64,000 nt of DNA. Source: Eledone cirrhosa. Its lineage: Eukaryota. The position numbers were made by a program, and so were the translations under genes. The stretch spans positions 179,924,001 to 179,988,000 of the forward strand of contig OZ024740.1 of the NCBI GenBank assembly GCA_964016885.1. Reading direction: 5' to 3'. Below the pieces are notes generated by a model. It worked only from the letters and a program-made list of their open reading frames with translations, was not told the origin of the DNA and did no database searches. This document shows, one piece after another, positions 36,901-50,943 of this stretch. Positions within the stretch are counted from its first letter, which is position 1. The number at the start of each line of letters is the position of its first letter.

Positions 36901-39289
36901 GAAGTTGACTTAGATAGACTCCATAGGCAAGGGCCTGGCTACTGGAAGCTGAAGGCGTCGTTCTCGGCGCCCAAAGCTTACAGAGACCGGATTAGCGAAT
37001 TAGTTAAGCGTGTGTTGACGGGTGGGATCGTCAACAACAGGTGGTGGTTTACCCTGAAAAGGGCTATTAAAGTAGAATAGATAAGGTTTAGGAAAGGAGT
37101 AGTGATAGAGGAAAATAGCGTAGAGGGAGAGTCAATTAGAAAGCTAGATGGGGGCTTTAGGATAGGCATCGCTTGCGGCGAGATTGGCACTCGACCAATT
37201 CTTCAACGCAAAGCATGAAAGCTGCGTTGTCAGAGCTAGAGCGCGTGCTCTAAGACACGAGGGGACGAAAGCAGTTCAATGGGCCCGGGTGGTGGAGGCG
37301 CGACGTGGCAACAAGTCCACAATTCGGACTTTGCCTGATCAAAACGTGCGCATGTTGCTGGAATCCGAGCAGATGTGTGCGGCTTTTCAACAGCACTTTG
37401 CTCGATTGATCGGGAGCGGTGGGCCGGATCGGATTATGGACCTTGTTCCATACCTCGACGGACTGCCGCGGCTCTCAACGAACGCAGCGCAGTGCTGCGA
37501 GAGGCCGATGAAAGCCAAGGAAATACGGGAAGCGATGTCTGACTGCACGAGGGGTAAACCGCCAGGTTTAGATGGTCTACCCTACGAGCTTTATGTTTTC
37601 ACTCCAGACTTGTTCGGCGACGTCTTGGCAGATGTCTACTGCAACTGGCAGCAACACGGGAGCATTCGCAGTTTTGTGAGCCGAGGAGCGGTGGCGCTGC
37701 TGAGAAAAGATCTGAACAAGGGGGACGTTATAAACAACTTCAGGCCCATAATTCTTTAAGATTCTGGCCAAAGTGTTAGCAAATAGATAGGCCTTGTCGT
37801 CGGTGATCTGGTGGGCGAGGCGCAAACATGCGCCATTCCGTACAGATCAATCCACGACAACCTCTATCTCATGCGATACATCATAGAGAGGGTGGTTAAG
37901 GAACCTGACACGGTTGGGGCCCTGAGCAACTTGGATCAATCTAAACCATTTGATAGGGTCGACCATCGGTACCTGGCTGCGGTCCTCGAGGCAGCCAGCT
38001 TCGAGCCCGTTTTTAGGGGCTTCTTCACTGCGATGCACAGCGACATCTGCTCGATTGTGAGGGTGAATGGTCACATGTCGCGGCTTTTCAGCATCATGCG
38101 CTCGGTCCGCCAGGTTTTCCCCCTCACGTACCCCTTGTACTTACTGGCCCTCGAGCCGTTACTTCACAAATTGGAGACGATGAGGGGGATCCCACGCGCA
38201 CTGGGATACGGGTGATCCGTGTCATCTTACGCCGACGACGTCACCGTGGTGGTGTCGAGCACCAAACACGTCCATACGAAGCGGTGACAGGAGCAAAGAT
38301 AACCCAAGAAAAGTCGGTGGGCTTGCAATTCGGCACCTGGAGAGGCAAGTCCATGTCGTCCGACAGTGTCGTATGGTGCTGGTCAGAAGGACCGGTTACA
38401 TTAGTCGAGGTCTAGCTCGGTCCTGACCTCCAGACGGAGAACAACTGGAGCGAGGTGACGAGCAGGTTGGCCTTTCTCAACAGGAAATAGGCCGATAGGA
38501 GGCTCTCTCAAAAGGTCGGGCGGAGGTGGCGAATGCGTACATAGCGTCCGTCATCTGCAACCGCCTGACCGCCGTACCTTGCCCCCGCCCAACTCTGACC
38601 AAAATGGAACGCCTTCTCTTCCGCGTTTTGTGGAAGGGACGTGCTCCCATGGTCAGACGATCCATTTGCTGTCAACAACCGTTGCGTGGAGGACTAGGCA
38701 TGCCGTGGCTGATGATGCGAAAACCTGCTCTCAGACTGCGACATCTCTGGTGCTTCCTTGACGGTGAACAGTTGTGGTCGCCGTTTCCCAGACGCGCTTT
38801 TCCCCAGCTCGTCTCCTTGACCGATCTGCAGTCTTGGATCAGGAAAAGACCGAGGGATAGCGCTTGGAAGCTGGAATGTCTCCAAGCGCCCACTGCCCTA
38901 TACCAGCTGGGCACAAGTATCGGTGGAACATCCACCTCGGCGTTCTATGGAGGGCTAGTAGAGGGAAAGCGTGACGACGTTTTCGGGGAGACCCTGGGCG
39001 TCGAAGACGATCAGCTGTTTGCTCTCTTCAAGAGAACTTTCAGACCGGGGCCTATGGACAACTTCCAGAAATGCCTGGCCTGGCAGTGCTACCGGGGACC
39101 GTTGCCTTTTGGGATAAGCTCTACAGGCACGGAGGTGCTGTCATCCGAGCCTATCCGAGATGCACACAGGGCGACGAAACCGTGCTGCACGCTGTCGTTC
39201 AGTGCCCGAGTATCGCTGACTTGTGGAACTATGTCGAACAGCTGCCGTCGCGTGATGGACGGATCAGGTTATCGACTGAGTCCATTGTG
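33965..39289 (+). mobile_element. Tx1-like LINE, degenerate, 3' end lost
   Basis: Fragmented ORF1 (CYLCGQQGHLRDFC) and ORF2 (APE, RT), collinear with 22890-28380. Confidence 0.9.
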
Positions 39290-42200
39290 TAGATACTACT
39301 CCAGATCAGGCCCGAGAATGTGAAGACAATCCCGGACCACATCCGCCTTCAGAATGGTACGGTCATTCATATTATGACAGAAGTAAAAGCCCGCATTGTT
39401 TTGTCTGTGGGGAAAAAAACCCATTTGCGAGCCTTCTGCACTTAGCTACTGAACGTTGCAAGGGGTCGAAGGGCTCCACTGCTGCCGACGCCGGAGCGAG
39501 GGCCACAACCAACACCAGCACCGGCAAAACCACCAACAACAACACCAACAGAAAGACCACCATCAACATTGACCACCCAGGAGGGAAACGAGGAAAGTTG
39601 TCAAATACCACGTCCCCCCCCCAATACACACACCACTAAGACCATAAACACACACACAGACACACTTACAGACACACTTACAGACACAGACCCTTCATCT
39701 ACCAGTAGTGAAGATGACGGAAAAGCAAAATCCCCCAAAATACAAAAAAGGAGACACAAAAAGAAAAAAAAACTCAACAAATCTCAAAATCACACACATT
39801 GAAAAATGCAGACACCACCCACGCAAACATCTATCCAATAACACCAACATCAACAGTACCATCACAATCACCAGAATCCGCCAAACGCCAACAAACTAAA
39901 CAGAGGCAAGAACAAATACACACACAAACATCTGAAACCACAGACACCGCACTCACAACAAACACAGACACATCCAAAACCATCAGCACCACAGCCACGC
40001 AATCAAATAAAATCATACTAACAAAACATAAAAAACTTCGTGCTCGTCAGGAGGGCCAACAAGGAACTGATGGCCCTCGTAGCACGAAGGAAAATATACA
40101 AAAAGAGGGGGAAATTTTTAAACGGAGCACATTTCGCGTGCCGGAAGATTTGTTTCTGGTGCGAATGTTGCTCGATTTATACAAGGAGATACGAGACAAC
40201 TTTCCTCGGGACGTGGGAGCCCCGAGCGTAAAAACCACTTCAAGACTTTTAAAAGGGTACAACCCCCATCATCACCACCACCACCACCACCACCACCACC
40301 AACTATGGAGGTCGAACCACCCGTCCTTCACAAGAGCAAGGAATGTAAGTAAACTTTTCCTCGATCTCTTTTAACCTGACAACATGGCCGTATTAAGAGT
40401 AGGAAGTTTAAATATTCGAGGCCTGGGATCGTCCTGAAATCAGGGCCACCTGCTCAAAGACCTCAGGCCTCTAGAAATGGATGTAATTGCCGCCAGCGAG
40501 ACCAGGATTTCCGACACGCGTGCACTATCCCTCATTTTCGACGAATATCAGATCTTTGCATGTTAGTCTGGCCGCGAATGGGAGGTGGGGTGGCAGTGTT
40601 GTTTAGGAAGTCCTGGATCTCGTGGTAAGGTCGATCTTCCGGGACCCGGATGGGAAGTTGGTGGTCCTGGACGTGAGCAATAAACAAGGTAGTGCCTTTA
40701 GACTGGTGGCCGTCTACGCCCCTACTGGGAAAGGACGGCTGGACTTCTTTAGACGCCTGGAAGCGCTTCTGGGTACGTCTCGCCCTTTACTGTTAGCGGG
40801 GACTGGAACGGCATCTTAGACGCACGCTGGGACTGTGTGGGAGTATCCGATAGGAGCGGGGGATGAAAAACCTCAAGAACCTGACCAGCCAGTTCCAACT
40901 GCTTGACTAGATTTCCATAATGCGCCAGTGTGGACCAGGACTAACCGCATAGGGTCATCTATATCGTATATAGAAAGGATATTCATTGGGAAAATAGAGA
41001 GAAATAGTGTAAGCTATCCACGTTTGAAAATGGTTGCCTATTCAGATCACAAGTTTGTGCTCTGTATGGTCAACCTAGATAAGACGCGTAGTTTAGGACC
41101 TGGTTACTGGAAGCTGAACATGTCATTTCCGGCACGTAAGGCTTACAGGGTCCAGGTCAACAATTTAGATAAGAAAATGTTGACAGAGGGAGTCGTCAAC
41201 AATAGATGGTGGGGGGCTCTCAAAAGAGAGATTAGGGTAATGCCGATAGAGTTTAGCAAAGAAGTAGCGTTAGAGAAAAATAGAAAAGAGGGGGAGTTGG
41301 TTGATAAGTTAGACGAGGCTATTTGTAGTGGCATTGCAACTAACGTGCTAGCGGCGACAATGGCATTATACCATTTCTTCAATGCGAAACACGAAGGTTG
41401 CATTGTCAGAGCTAATGCGCGTGCTCTGAGAAACGAGGGAACCAAAGCTGTTCGATGGGCCCGAGTGGAAGAGGTACAGCGTGGTAATAAAACCAAGATT
41501 AGGTCTTTGACGGACAGAGATGGACACGAGCTGAGCGATTCCAAGCGGATGTGTGAGGTCTTTCGTCAACATTTTGCTCGGTTGTTCGGCGGAAGTGGCG
41601 GCGCAGAGGCAGTGGCGAACTTCAGTTCCTACCTCGATGGCTTGCCGCAGCACTCGACGGCCGACGCTGGACGCTGCGAAAGGCTGATTACTTCAACTGA
41701 GATTCAGGATGCCCTTGTCGGCAGCATGAAGCGCAAGTCACCCAGTTTGGATGGTCTACCCTACGAGCTTTACTTAAATATGCCAGACTTGTTCTCCAAT
41801 CTCCTCGAAGCGCTCTACTGCAACTGACAGCAGAACGGGAGCATTCCCAGCCGGGGCGTAGTGACCCTGATGAGGAAAGACGAGAACAGGAGGGACACAT
41901 TAGACAACTTCAGGCCCAACACAGAGTTTAAGATTTTAGCCAGGGTGTTAGCGAACAGGTTGGCGCTTGTGGTTGGGGATTTGGTTGGGGAGGCGCAAAC
42001 TTGCGCAATACCAACCAGGTCCATTCTCGACAACTTCCACCTGATGCGATACATCATAGAGAGGGTAGGGTGTAAACCTGGTTTCGGTGGGGCTCTGATC
42101 AATTTAGATCAATCGAAAGCATTCGATAGGGTCGACCATTGATACCTGGAGGCTGTCCTCAAGGCGGCTGGCTTCGGCCCCGTCTTCAGAAGCTGGATCG

Positions 42201-44064
42201 CTGCAATGCACAGCGGCACCTGCTACCTGGTCAAAATTAATGGCCACCTCTCGGAACCGTTTCAGGTCTCCTGTTCGGTCCTTAAAAGGTGCCCTCTCTC
42301 CTCCCTTCTGTACGTATTGACTCTCGAGCCTTTAGTGCGGAAGCTGGAGTTGTTGCAGGGCATCCTGCTCGAACCGGGACGCGGAAAGGTTGTGTCGGCT
42401 TATGCGGACGACATCCCCGTGATGGTGTCGGACACCTCAGAAATCGAGGTGGTCGGCAAAATATTGGAGGAATATGGAAGGTTGACGGGAGCAAAACTTA
42501 ACAAGGAAATGTCGGTGGGCATGCAACTCGGCACCTGGAGAAGCAAGTCCATGCCGTCTAACGGCGTCGTTAGGTGCTGGACGGGCGGACCGGTAAAGAG
42601 TTCGGGGTTTGGTTCGGTCCAGACCTCCAGGTGGATAAGAATTGGGACGAGGTGACGGGCAGGGTAGCCAGTGTAACACAGAAATGGGCTGCGAGAAAGC
42701 TATCGCTGAAAGGTCGGGCGGAGGTGGCGAACGCGTACATCGCGTCCGTCATCTACTACCGTCTGACCGTCGTCCATTTCCCCCGTTCGCGCCTCGCCAT
42801 CTTGGAGCGGCTCCTCTTCAAATTCTTGTGTGGGTGTGTGTGTGTGTGGAGGGAGGGGGTTCAGGTTCCGCTGGTGAGGGGGTCCATCTACTGCCAGCAC
42901 CCTCTACATGGAAGGCTGGGCATGTCTAAGCTAATGATGTGCAAACACGCGCTGAGGCTGCCGCATTTCCAGATATTCTGCCTAAACGGTGAACAGGTGT
43001 GGTCGCCGTTTGTCAGACGGGCCTTTCCGCAGCTCGTTTCTTTGACTGAGCTGCAGTCCTGGGTCAAGAAGAGACCGAGACTGGGTGACTGGCATCTGCA
43101 ATGTTGCTAGGCACTCACTGCCCTCTACCAGGCGGGCAATGCGGTCAGTGGAAGTTCCACTCTCGAGTTCTATAGAGGATTAGTGGTGGGCAAGTGCGAC
43201 GACGCACTCGGAGAGGCTCTGAGCGTCGACAAAATCGACCTAACCAGTCTGTTCCGGAGGACTTTCGAGCCCGGGACGATGGATACTTTCCAAAAATCCC
43301 TCACTTGGCAGTGCTATAGGGGGGCACTGCCGGTTCGAGATAAACTGTACTGGCACGGAAGTGCTGTCAGACGGACCTCCCCGAGATGCGCGCAGAGCGA
43401 CGAAACCGTTCTGCACGCACTCGTCCAATGTCCGTGCATTACTGACTTGTGGAGTTATGTTGAACAGCTGTTGTCGCGTGTAGAACGGATCCGGCTATCG
43501 GCTGAGTCCATAGTGAAGATCGACACGCCACCTTCTTTTGGCCAGGAAGGGCAGGACATTTTCCTGTCTGGTAGCAGTAGCGAAAGAGGTTGAATGGTGG
43601 ACCAGGTTGAAAGGACTGAAGACAGACACTTTTCTCTTCGGCCAATCCCTCATCAACTTTTTCAAGTTTCACTTGGAAAGGAAGGTGAGGCTGGAGAGAG
43701 AAGTGCTGCCCCCCAGTACATTTGCTGAAAGGTGGTTGACTGTGGCGAGAATGGTTCGTGTCAGTGGGCCTACTCTGGTCATGCGCCTGTAGGCGGGTAC
43801 ATTTAGAGGGGGAGAGGGGTGCCCTTCCAGGTTGCTCTCGAAGCGTCGGGTCATTCAGGATTGGTGGGGTACCTGCGCGAACCTTGGGGGGGGGGGGCAT
43901 CCGCCCTATTGGGGAATTTTTATTGTTGTATTTTTATTGTTACTTTGCTACTGTTATTTGTATTGTTTACTCGATTTTTCTGTAAACCCCCACTGTCCAA
44001 GTCTTTTGTATTGTCCCCTATATGTCGGCCCTTGTGGCCAATAAATGAAATCATTATTATTATT
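39290..44064 (+). mobile_element. Tx1-like LINE of a more distant subfamily, 5'-truncated in ORF1, intact 3' end
   Basis: Begins at the ORF1 IPD..CFVCG..HLRAFC region. ORF2 starts at 40384 (MAVLRVGSLNIRG) and contains YADD. 3' end CCCTTGTGGCCAATAAATGAAATC(ATT)n. Confidence 0.9.
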
Positions 44065-44130
44065 AGTACCAGTAATGCACTGGGTAATTGCTGGCCTTGT
44101 GCCTAAAGTAGAAACAATTATTATTATTAT
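44065..44130 (+). mobile_element. SINE 3' half directly after the Tx1 tail
   Basis: AGTACCAGTAATGCACTGGGTAATTGCTGGCCTTGTGCCTAAAGTAGAAACA(ATT)n. Confidence 0.88.
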
Positions 44131-44164
44131 CATTATTATCATAATTATTTTTATTTTTATTTTC

Positions 44165-44760
44165 AGCCATAGTTTATTCAGTGGTGACCTTAGTAATGTA
44201 ATATCATTTAATTAACTCTGTATCAAGTTATGTAACCCGGCATTGACAGCACTTTCTACATGATATATGTTGTTCCCCATACTGGTGTTTTCTGCAATCT
44301 TGAAATGCTTGAACTAATTCCCATTCTATCAAGTTTTTTGTGGACTACGCTTTCTTTCCTATTCCACAATTTCTCGAGATTTCTTCCCATGTTTGCATAC
44401 TTTAAAGTTTTTCCTTCTTTCCGTATATATCTACACTAAATTCATGTCAAGCCTTGTATCTTCAAAAAATCTATATGTCTAGATTTTAATGTTTCACAAG
44501 AGTCTTTTAGTCTAATTTTCTAGGTCAATCTCTGGTTTTTGCTGATAGCATTTCTTGTTGGTTGCAAACCGATATTTCATGCATAAAAACAATGGAGGTG
44601 TATGCAAACTTTATCGTAGATATATGGTTGAAAGTCGAGATATTTTGTGATAGCGGAAATCAGTGGTCTTAGGTATCAATAAACATATCTCCTGTACCTG
44701 ACCATAACCGAGCTTTTCCCAAAACGCAAGCTTTCTGGAGTAATGATCGAATGATAAAAT
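44165..44760 (-). pseudogene. Old Dong/R4-like 3' (RLE) remnant
   Basis: Minus strand reads LQKT...GT..IM*KVLS, homologous to the Dong C-terminus (IQKIVLMGTAHILRKILS), followed by a TAA-rich tail. Confidence 0.6.
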
Positions 44761-44919
44761 GTATAGGTCAAAGTTCCCATGTCACCTATGAATACTCGCA
44801 CCAATTAAACCACAAACTTGGAATCACATATTTTTTTCCACTTTTATATATTCACATTTCTGTTATTTTCTCACTGCAGGTAGATCTTTCGTATTGTGCT
44901 CTAATGTCGTGTCTGACTA

Positions 44920-45075
44920 TAGACAGTCGGACAAAATGCTTTGTGGCGTTTAGTTACGAATTTCCCTATTGTGAGTTCAAATTGCGCTGGAGTCAACTTA
45001 GCCTTTCCGGGGTTAGGGGTGAAGAAATAATATTCCAGTTAATTACTGAGGTTATATAACCAACATTCCACTTTT
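44920..45075 (+). mobile_element. Diverged related SINE
   Basis: GTGAGTTCAAATTGCGCTGGAGTCAACTTAGCCTTTCCGGGG resembles the B-box and core. Confidence 0.55.
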
Positions 45076-48035
45076 CTCCAAATATGTGTTGTAGTAGTAG
45101 TAGTAGTAGTAGTAGCAGCAGCAGCAGTAGTAGAAGTTTTTCTCCCCCTCTAATGTTAGCCTTTTTTTATTTCACACAATCTGTCTATCACGTAAACCAC
45201 AACATTTGTCCTGGAACGGTTTTAATGTATATTTTTCAAATATTATTATCATGTATACTTAATTAAAATATATGAGATGAGCTAAAGGATATAGGAATTA
45301 TATATCTAAATGATGAGTTAATGTACTGACAATCGTACTGACAATCGTACGCAAAATTTCATAATTAATTGAAATGTTGCGGAATGAACAAAAAAAGAAT
45401 AACAATTGATAAAGAATTTCCTGGAAAATGGGAGATAATTCTAAATAAATAATGATTCATTTCTCCAATTTGATTTGAATGCACTGGGAAAAAAGTTTCT
45501 CTTACGTTTGCAGGCAAGTTATATTCCCATGTTCTTGTGTATTGGCATCTGCCAATTATGAGAAAAATTATAATTTTCTCAACGGCATTGATCGTTATGT
45601 AATTGAATTTATGCCATTGGGTGATTTTAGTTACTCTTGTGGCTCATTATATATTTTAATTATGTAAGATATACAGCATAAACTTTATTCATATCATTCT
45701 ACATGCAAATAATGTTGTCAACTAAGACAGGGTTGAGTTAGCTACATTATACTTATAAGTGAGATATATCTGACACTGAATCCATTCATTGTATGAAAAT
45801 AATGTTATATCTGAAGTGTAGATATGTGAGCTGTGTTTACGAAATGTAAATTCATGTAAATTCAAATAAATGTAAATTCATTCAGTGGTCTCATACAAAA
45901 TCTTTTCTATCATGACGGCTACTTTAAACCAGGAATAGATCTTCAAAATGTTTTTTCTAATGTTCTTTTGTTATTGTCTTAGTTCAATTTCATATGCATT
46001 GTTAGCACTTATTCCGCAATTGTTACTATGTGCGACCTTTCAGTATAAATTTATTTGCAAAAATCCTCTTATACTCGTGTGCTAATGTTTAAATAACAAG
46101 ATCAACGCGTTATGAAGGACTATGTTTAAAAACCATACAAGCACCAAAATGGAAGGACATATCTTGTTTAATTCGCTCAATATATGATATATAATAAGCG
46201 AATAGCCTCTTCAACTAATATGAGTAACTAATTTCGGATAGCATAAATATAAAATATTTAATGATCATCCAACGACCACAATAAATGATGGTCATATTAT
46301 TTAAACGCAGTCAAAGCAGACTAGCTTCAAAGAAATTTCCCTCAATTATTTCCCAAGTATTTCAGAGAGTTTATTGCTAACATTTCAAAATAGATTCTCT
46401 TAAGAGGTCACTCTGCAGAAAATGGATTTAACTGTATATAAAAATAACGCCTTAAAATTCGTAGTACAACCGGACTAAGGGCAGATCATATAAAATCTAA
46501 ATACATCAATATCTTAGTTTCAAAGAATTTTCTTTTTATTTGTTTAACTGCTGAAAATATAGCTAATGGCATTTAATTATAGTAACAACAATTTATTTTC
46601 TCAAAATGTCCATTTTGATATCAATACTTTTATGTCCTTAGAAAATATTATCTACAAACACTAAAACAAAGATATTAGCACACATTCATTTTCATTTTTT
46701 CTTTTCTTCTTTCTAAGTATGCTTTAGAAAACATTAATCAATCATTTCTAAAAGTCGTTACTTTACATTAAAATGTGACATAATCATTATAATCATTCAG
46801 CCGTTTGAGAAGAGAATTCCATCTCAAAGAAAGTTAGTATTTAGAAATTTGATATGAGAAATTTCATTTGTACGTCGTAGTCTTAAATATTGTTATTTTA
46901 TAAATCATTCTTTGTATCCTTATAATTACACATTGGACTGGGTTCGGTGAGTTCTCCTCCTCCTTTCACTTACATAATCAGAACCAATATCTAACAAATG
47001 AGCTATAAAATAGTTCACAAATATAAACAGAGAAACTTCATATGTATTTCTTATTATCAACACTGATAAACACGCCTGAAAGTGCTATACCCTTACACCT
47101 GTGAAGGTATTATAAGGAATTATATTTTTATATCCACCACTTCATCTCAACTGGCAATGATATTGCAGAAATGATATATATTTATTGTGCTCTTTAATTA
47201 TATGTAATAATAAAAAAGTTAATGCTATATATTTATTAATTTCTATGACTAGGTATTCAGGTTTTTAGAGTAATATATGACTCTCTGCCTTCTGACTTCA
47301 TACACTATCCACGTTCACTTCTTGCGCTGTCCCCCTTCCTTCCAGCTCTCACTTCCCGTGTGTTAATCTGAAAGGGCGGTAGGTGGTTAAGAGCTCGTCT
47401 GTTTCTGTCTGCTGCAATATGGACATCTAAAATTCATGACATAAAACTTATTTACACCTTAGTAATATATACAAACTTTAGACATGGGGTGTTGGGAATG
47501 AATAAGCAGATGTTTCAGAATCCAAGTACATATTTGCAATGGCACGAATTGTTTGAGTGAAGCTTAATATGGTTTTATACCATTAGTAACACTAAATTCA
47601 CCATACCGATATACGCGTGATTGCATTAACCGGTCTTAATCTACAGTACTGTTCAAATTAACGTTTTAAAACCTCAATTGTCGTTGTGTACTCTGTTAAA
47701 TAAACCACATTTTTAACGAAATATTATACACTACTTACGATATTTACGTAGTGTTTATATTGAAAATGAAAATGGCATGTAATGCCCAATGCTAATTCAT
47801 AAATTTCCTAGAAACCCTTAAGGGGATCGGAAATTATTTTTATCCACAGCAATGCGAGTGGACTAACTAATGAGTGCAGTAAATTTCGAGGAAATCGGGT
47901 GGATTATCTTTAAGTTACACCTCAAAAATTCTAAAAATGCCTAAAAAATATACTTTTACGCCTGGGGCAGAAAAAGTTAGAATTTAATTTTAGCCCATTG
48001 CACTTCAAGACATATAAGTAACACACTACGCACAC

Positions 48036-48281
<246 letters not shown>

Positions 48282-48464
48282 ATTCGTAGGGCAACGTTCA
48301 CTTAAACATTTAAAAATAATTTCAATATTAACAGACATGTATATAATTTAAAATATAGTTGTATGTGTATGTGTGTGTCTCACACCATTACATTTTAAAT
48401 AATATACATGTCTGTGAATATTGAAATTATTTAAAAATATTTAAGTGAACGTGACACTACGAAT
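48282..48464. repeat. Inverted-repeat (MITE-like) element in (TA)n
   Basis: Arms ~48282-48355 and ~48392-48464 are reverse complements with mismatches. Confidence 0.8.
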
Positions 48465-49077
48465 ATATATATATATATATATGTGTGTGTGTATATACAC
48501 ACACGCGCGTACACAAACACAGACATATATAAATATATATGTATAGATATAGATATATATATAGATATAGATAGATATATATAGATATATATGGGTGTCT
48601 GTGACCTATATACAAAGGTCACAGACACAGACACATATATACCCACACTTAGAAACACTTCCTATTTAGCAGGAATTATTCACTACACACATACTGTCCT
48701 AACACATGTCATATGATACATATGACTTAATTTTCAGTCGCCAAATTTTAGCCAAATTCAGTAATGATATATTCGATTTTTTGAAGTCACCTGCTATAAT
48801 TAATATATATATAAATGAATGTGTACGTATATTTATATATACAAAAATGGTAAGCAAACTGCGGATAACTACTATAGAAAGAATACCTTTTATATCATTA
48901 AACTGCCAGAAATCATCTCTTGGAGCGGTTAATGGATGATGTCGAGCTTAATATTTTGTTGGTGATTTATATCATCGAACATTAAACCGCAGAACGGCAA
49001 CTTTCTCTCGGCATATATTATCACAAACAATGAAAGACGTGAGTTGAAAGTCGAATACTAACAAACGCGTTGCCTAA

Positions 49078-49264
49078 ATAATTGTTTCTACTTTTTGGCA
49101 CAAGGCCAGTTATTTTCCCAGTGCATTACTGGTGCTTTATTTTATTGACGCCGTAAGGATGAAAGGCAAATTAACTTTGGCGGCATTTGAACTCAGACTG
49201 TAAAGGGCAGTAACTCTGTGCTGAGAATTACGGCGTCCCTCTTCCGATACTGCCAAATGAAGCC
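49078..49264 (-). mobile_element. SINE, same family, minus strand
   Basis: Reverse complement of the A-box, B-box, core and tail. Confidence 0.85.
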
Positions 49265-50489
49265 ATTTGTCAGAAACTATTATTCCAAAACCATTCCGAA
49301 TTTGAATGGTAGTGAATGAGTATATTATCAGGTTGAAGAAAGGAACTGCCATAATGTGCAGAACAACGCCATAATAAAACTCATAATAGTTGGATTTTGG
49401 GATAGTTATATATATATAAATTATGATTCGTAGATTTTAAAAGTTGGCAGATCCTGGCGCAACCTTCACGATTCCACAGAATTAGTGACATCGAATTCCT
49501 GTAATTCTTACAGAAAAAATGCATTGCGTACAAATCGCATTTCACTGTCAAATGTTATCAGTTAATCATAAACACCACCATGAACAATATTTAACTATAC
49601 GCTCGATTGCTCGACAATAGAAATATCTTGTGATCATCCTCTTCCAAACCAGCCAATGCTCAATGATATTCATTGCAATTTTAAGTGTGTTTGATTTGCA
49701 TATCACAGGTCAATCGTTGTCATATGTTTTGATACGGATATCGAAAAAGAAAGTATTATGTTTGTATGTATATATCATGGTAATTGTAATGATGCTAATA
49801 TCGAAGTTTAATATCGAAGTTCATCTAATTTCTTGTTCATCAATATATTGGCGCAGGTATCCTTAATATTAGAATCTATGCGTTGAATTTTCGATTTAAT
49901 TAAATTTCGTGGTTTACTCTAGCAGTCATATCCAAAGCCGCAAATATGCATCATTAAAATATGCATCATTAAAACCTCAATTGTTGTTAGCATTTGCTAA
50001 GCATTGCAGTAATAACATGAACGAAAGCAAACGTTTATTTAACAAATGCTTATAGTGAGAGACCCATTTCAATATGTAAATAGGAGTTAAAACTTTATGG
50101 ACAATAGGCTAATGAAAACAATAACAATGTTTACGCTTTATTTTATTGATTATAGTTCTGATGAAGCGACAAAAAAAAAACACAGAGATATATAATTTAC
50201 AAACAATCATTGGATGATATAATGCATGCATAAACCAAGTACACAGCATACAACATCAAGATGATGTAGGACAGGAAAAAAGGAGTGACACAAAATAACA
50301 AATTAGTCACTGAGAAGGTCACAGAATCAGTGACAAAACAGCTTTGACTACAAATAAAACACCATCTAGCTATTAAAAGAACCAACTGAAAATATGTAAT
50401 AAATTGAAGTTAAAACATACAGATGCATGTGTTTTTATTAGCAGTATGACCCTCTCAAATTATAACAACATAAATAAATAAATAAATAA

Positions 50490-50568
<79 letters not shown>

Positions 50569-50570
<2 letters not shown>

Positions 50571-50943
50571 AAATTAAGATAAATTAAATGAATTTAATCC
50601 AAATCGAAATTGTGGGTGTCATGCCTTAACGGCGTGCGCCATATCGCCCGGAAAATAAGCTCAAAGATTTTGCAGGTCCGAGCATTTTATAATAACTAGA
50701 AATTGATTAACAAATATATAAAGAAATATAAACATGAATAATCACAGGCGATAAATATAAACATGAATAATCTCCTGTAATTATTCATGTTTATATTTAT
50801 TTATATATATGTTAATCAATTTCTAGTTATTATAAAATGCAAAATCTTTGAGCTTATTTTCCGGGCGATATGGTGCACGCCGTTAAGGCATGACACCCAC
50901 AATTTCGATTTGGATTAAATTCATTTAAGTTATCTTAATTTTG
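50569..50943. repeat. Long foldback palindrome in (TA)n
   Basis: Arms of ~170-190 bp are nearly perfect reverse complements with a very short spacer. A further partial copy lies at 51310-51375. Confidence 0.9.

Noticed and set aside
40267-40300. Poly-His tract in Tx1 ORF1
   Set aside because: It is a (CAC)n expansion in a dead copy, may belong to another frame (poly-Pro/Thr), and is not shared by other copies.
45100-48000. Possible host gene exons
   Set aside because: Only short AT-rich ORFs with no recognisable motif are present. Small exons cannot be excluded without RNA data.
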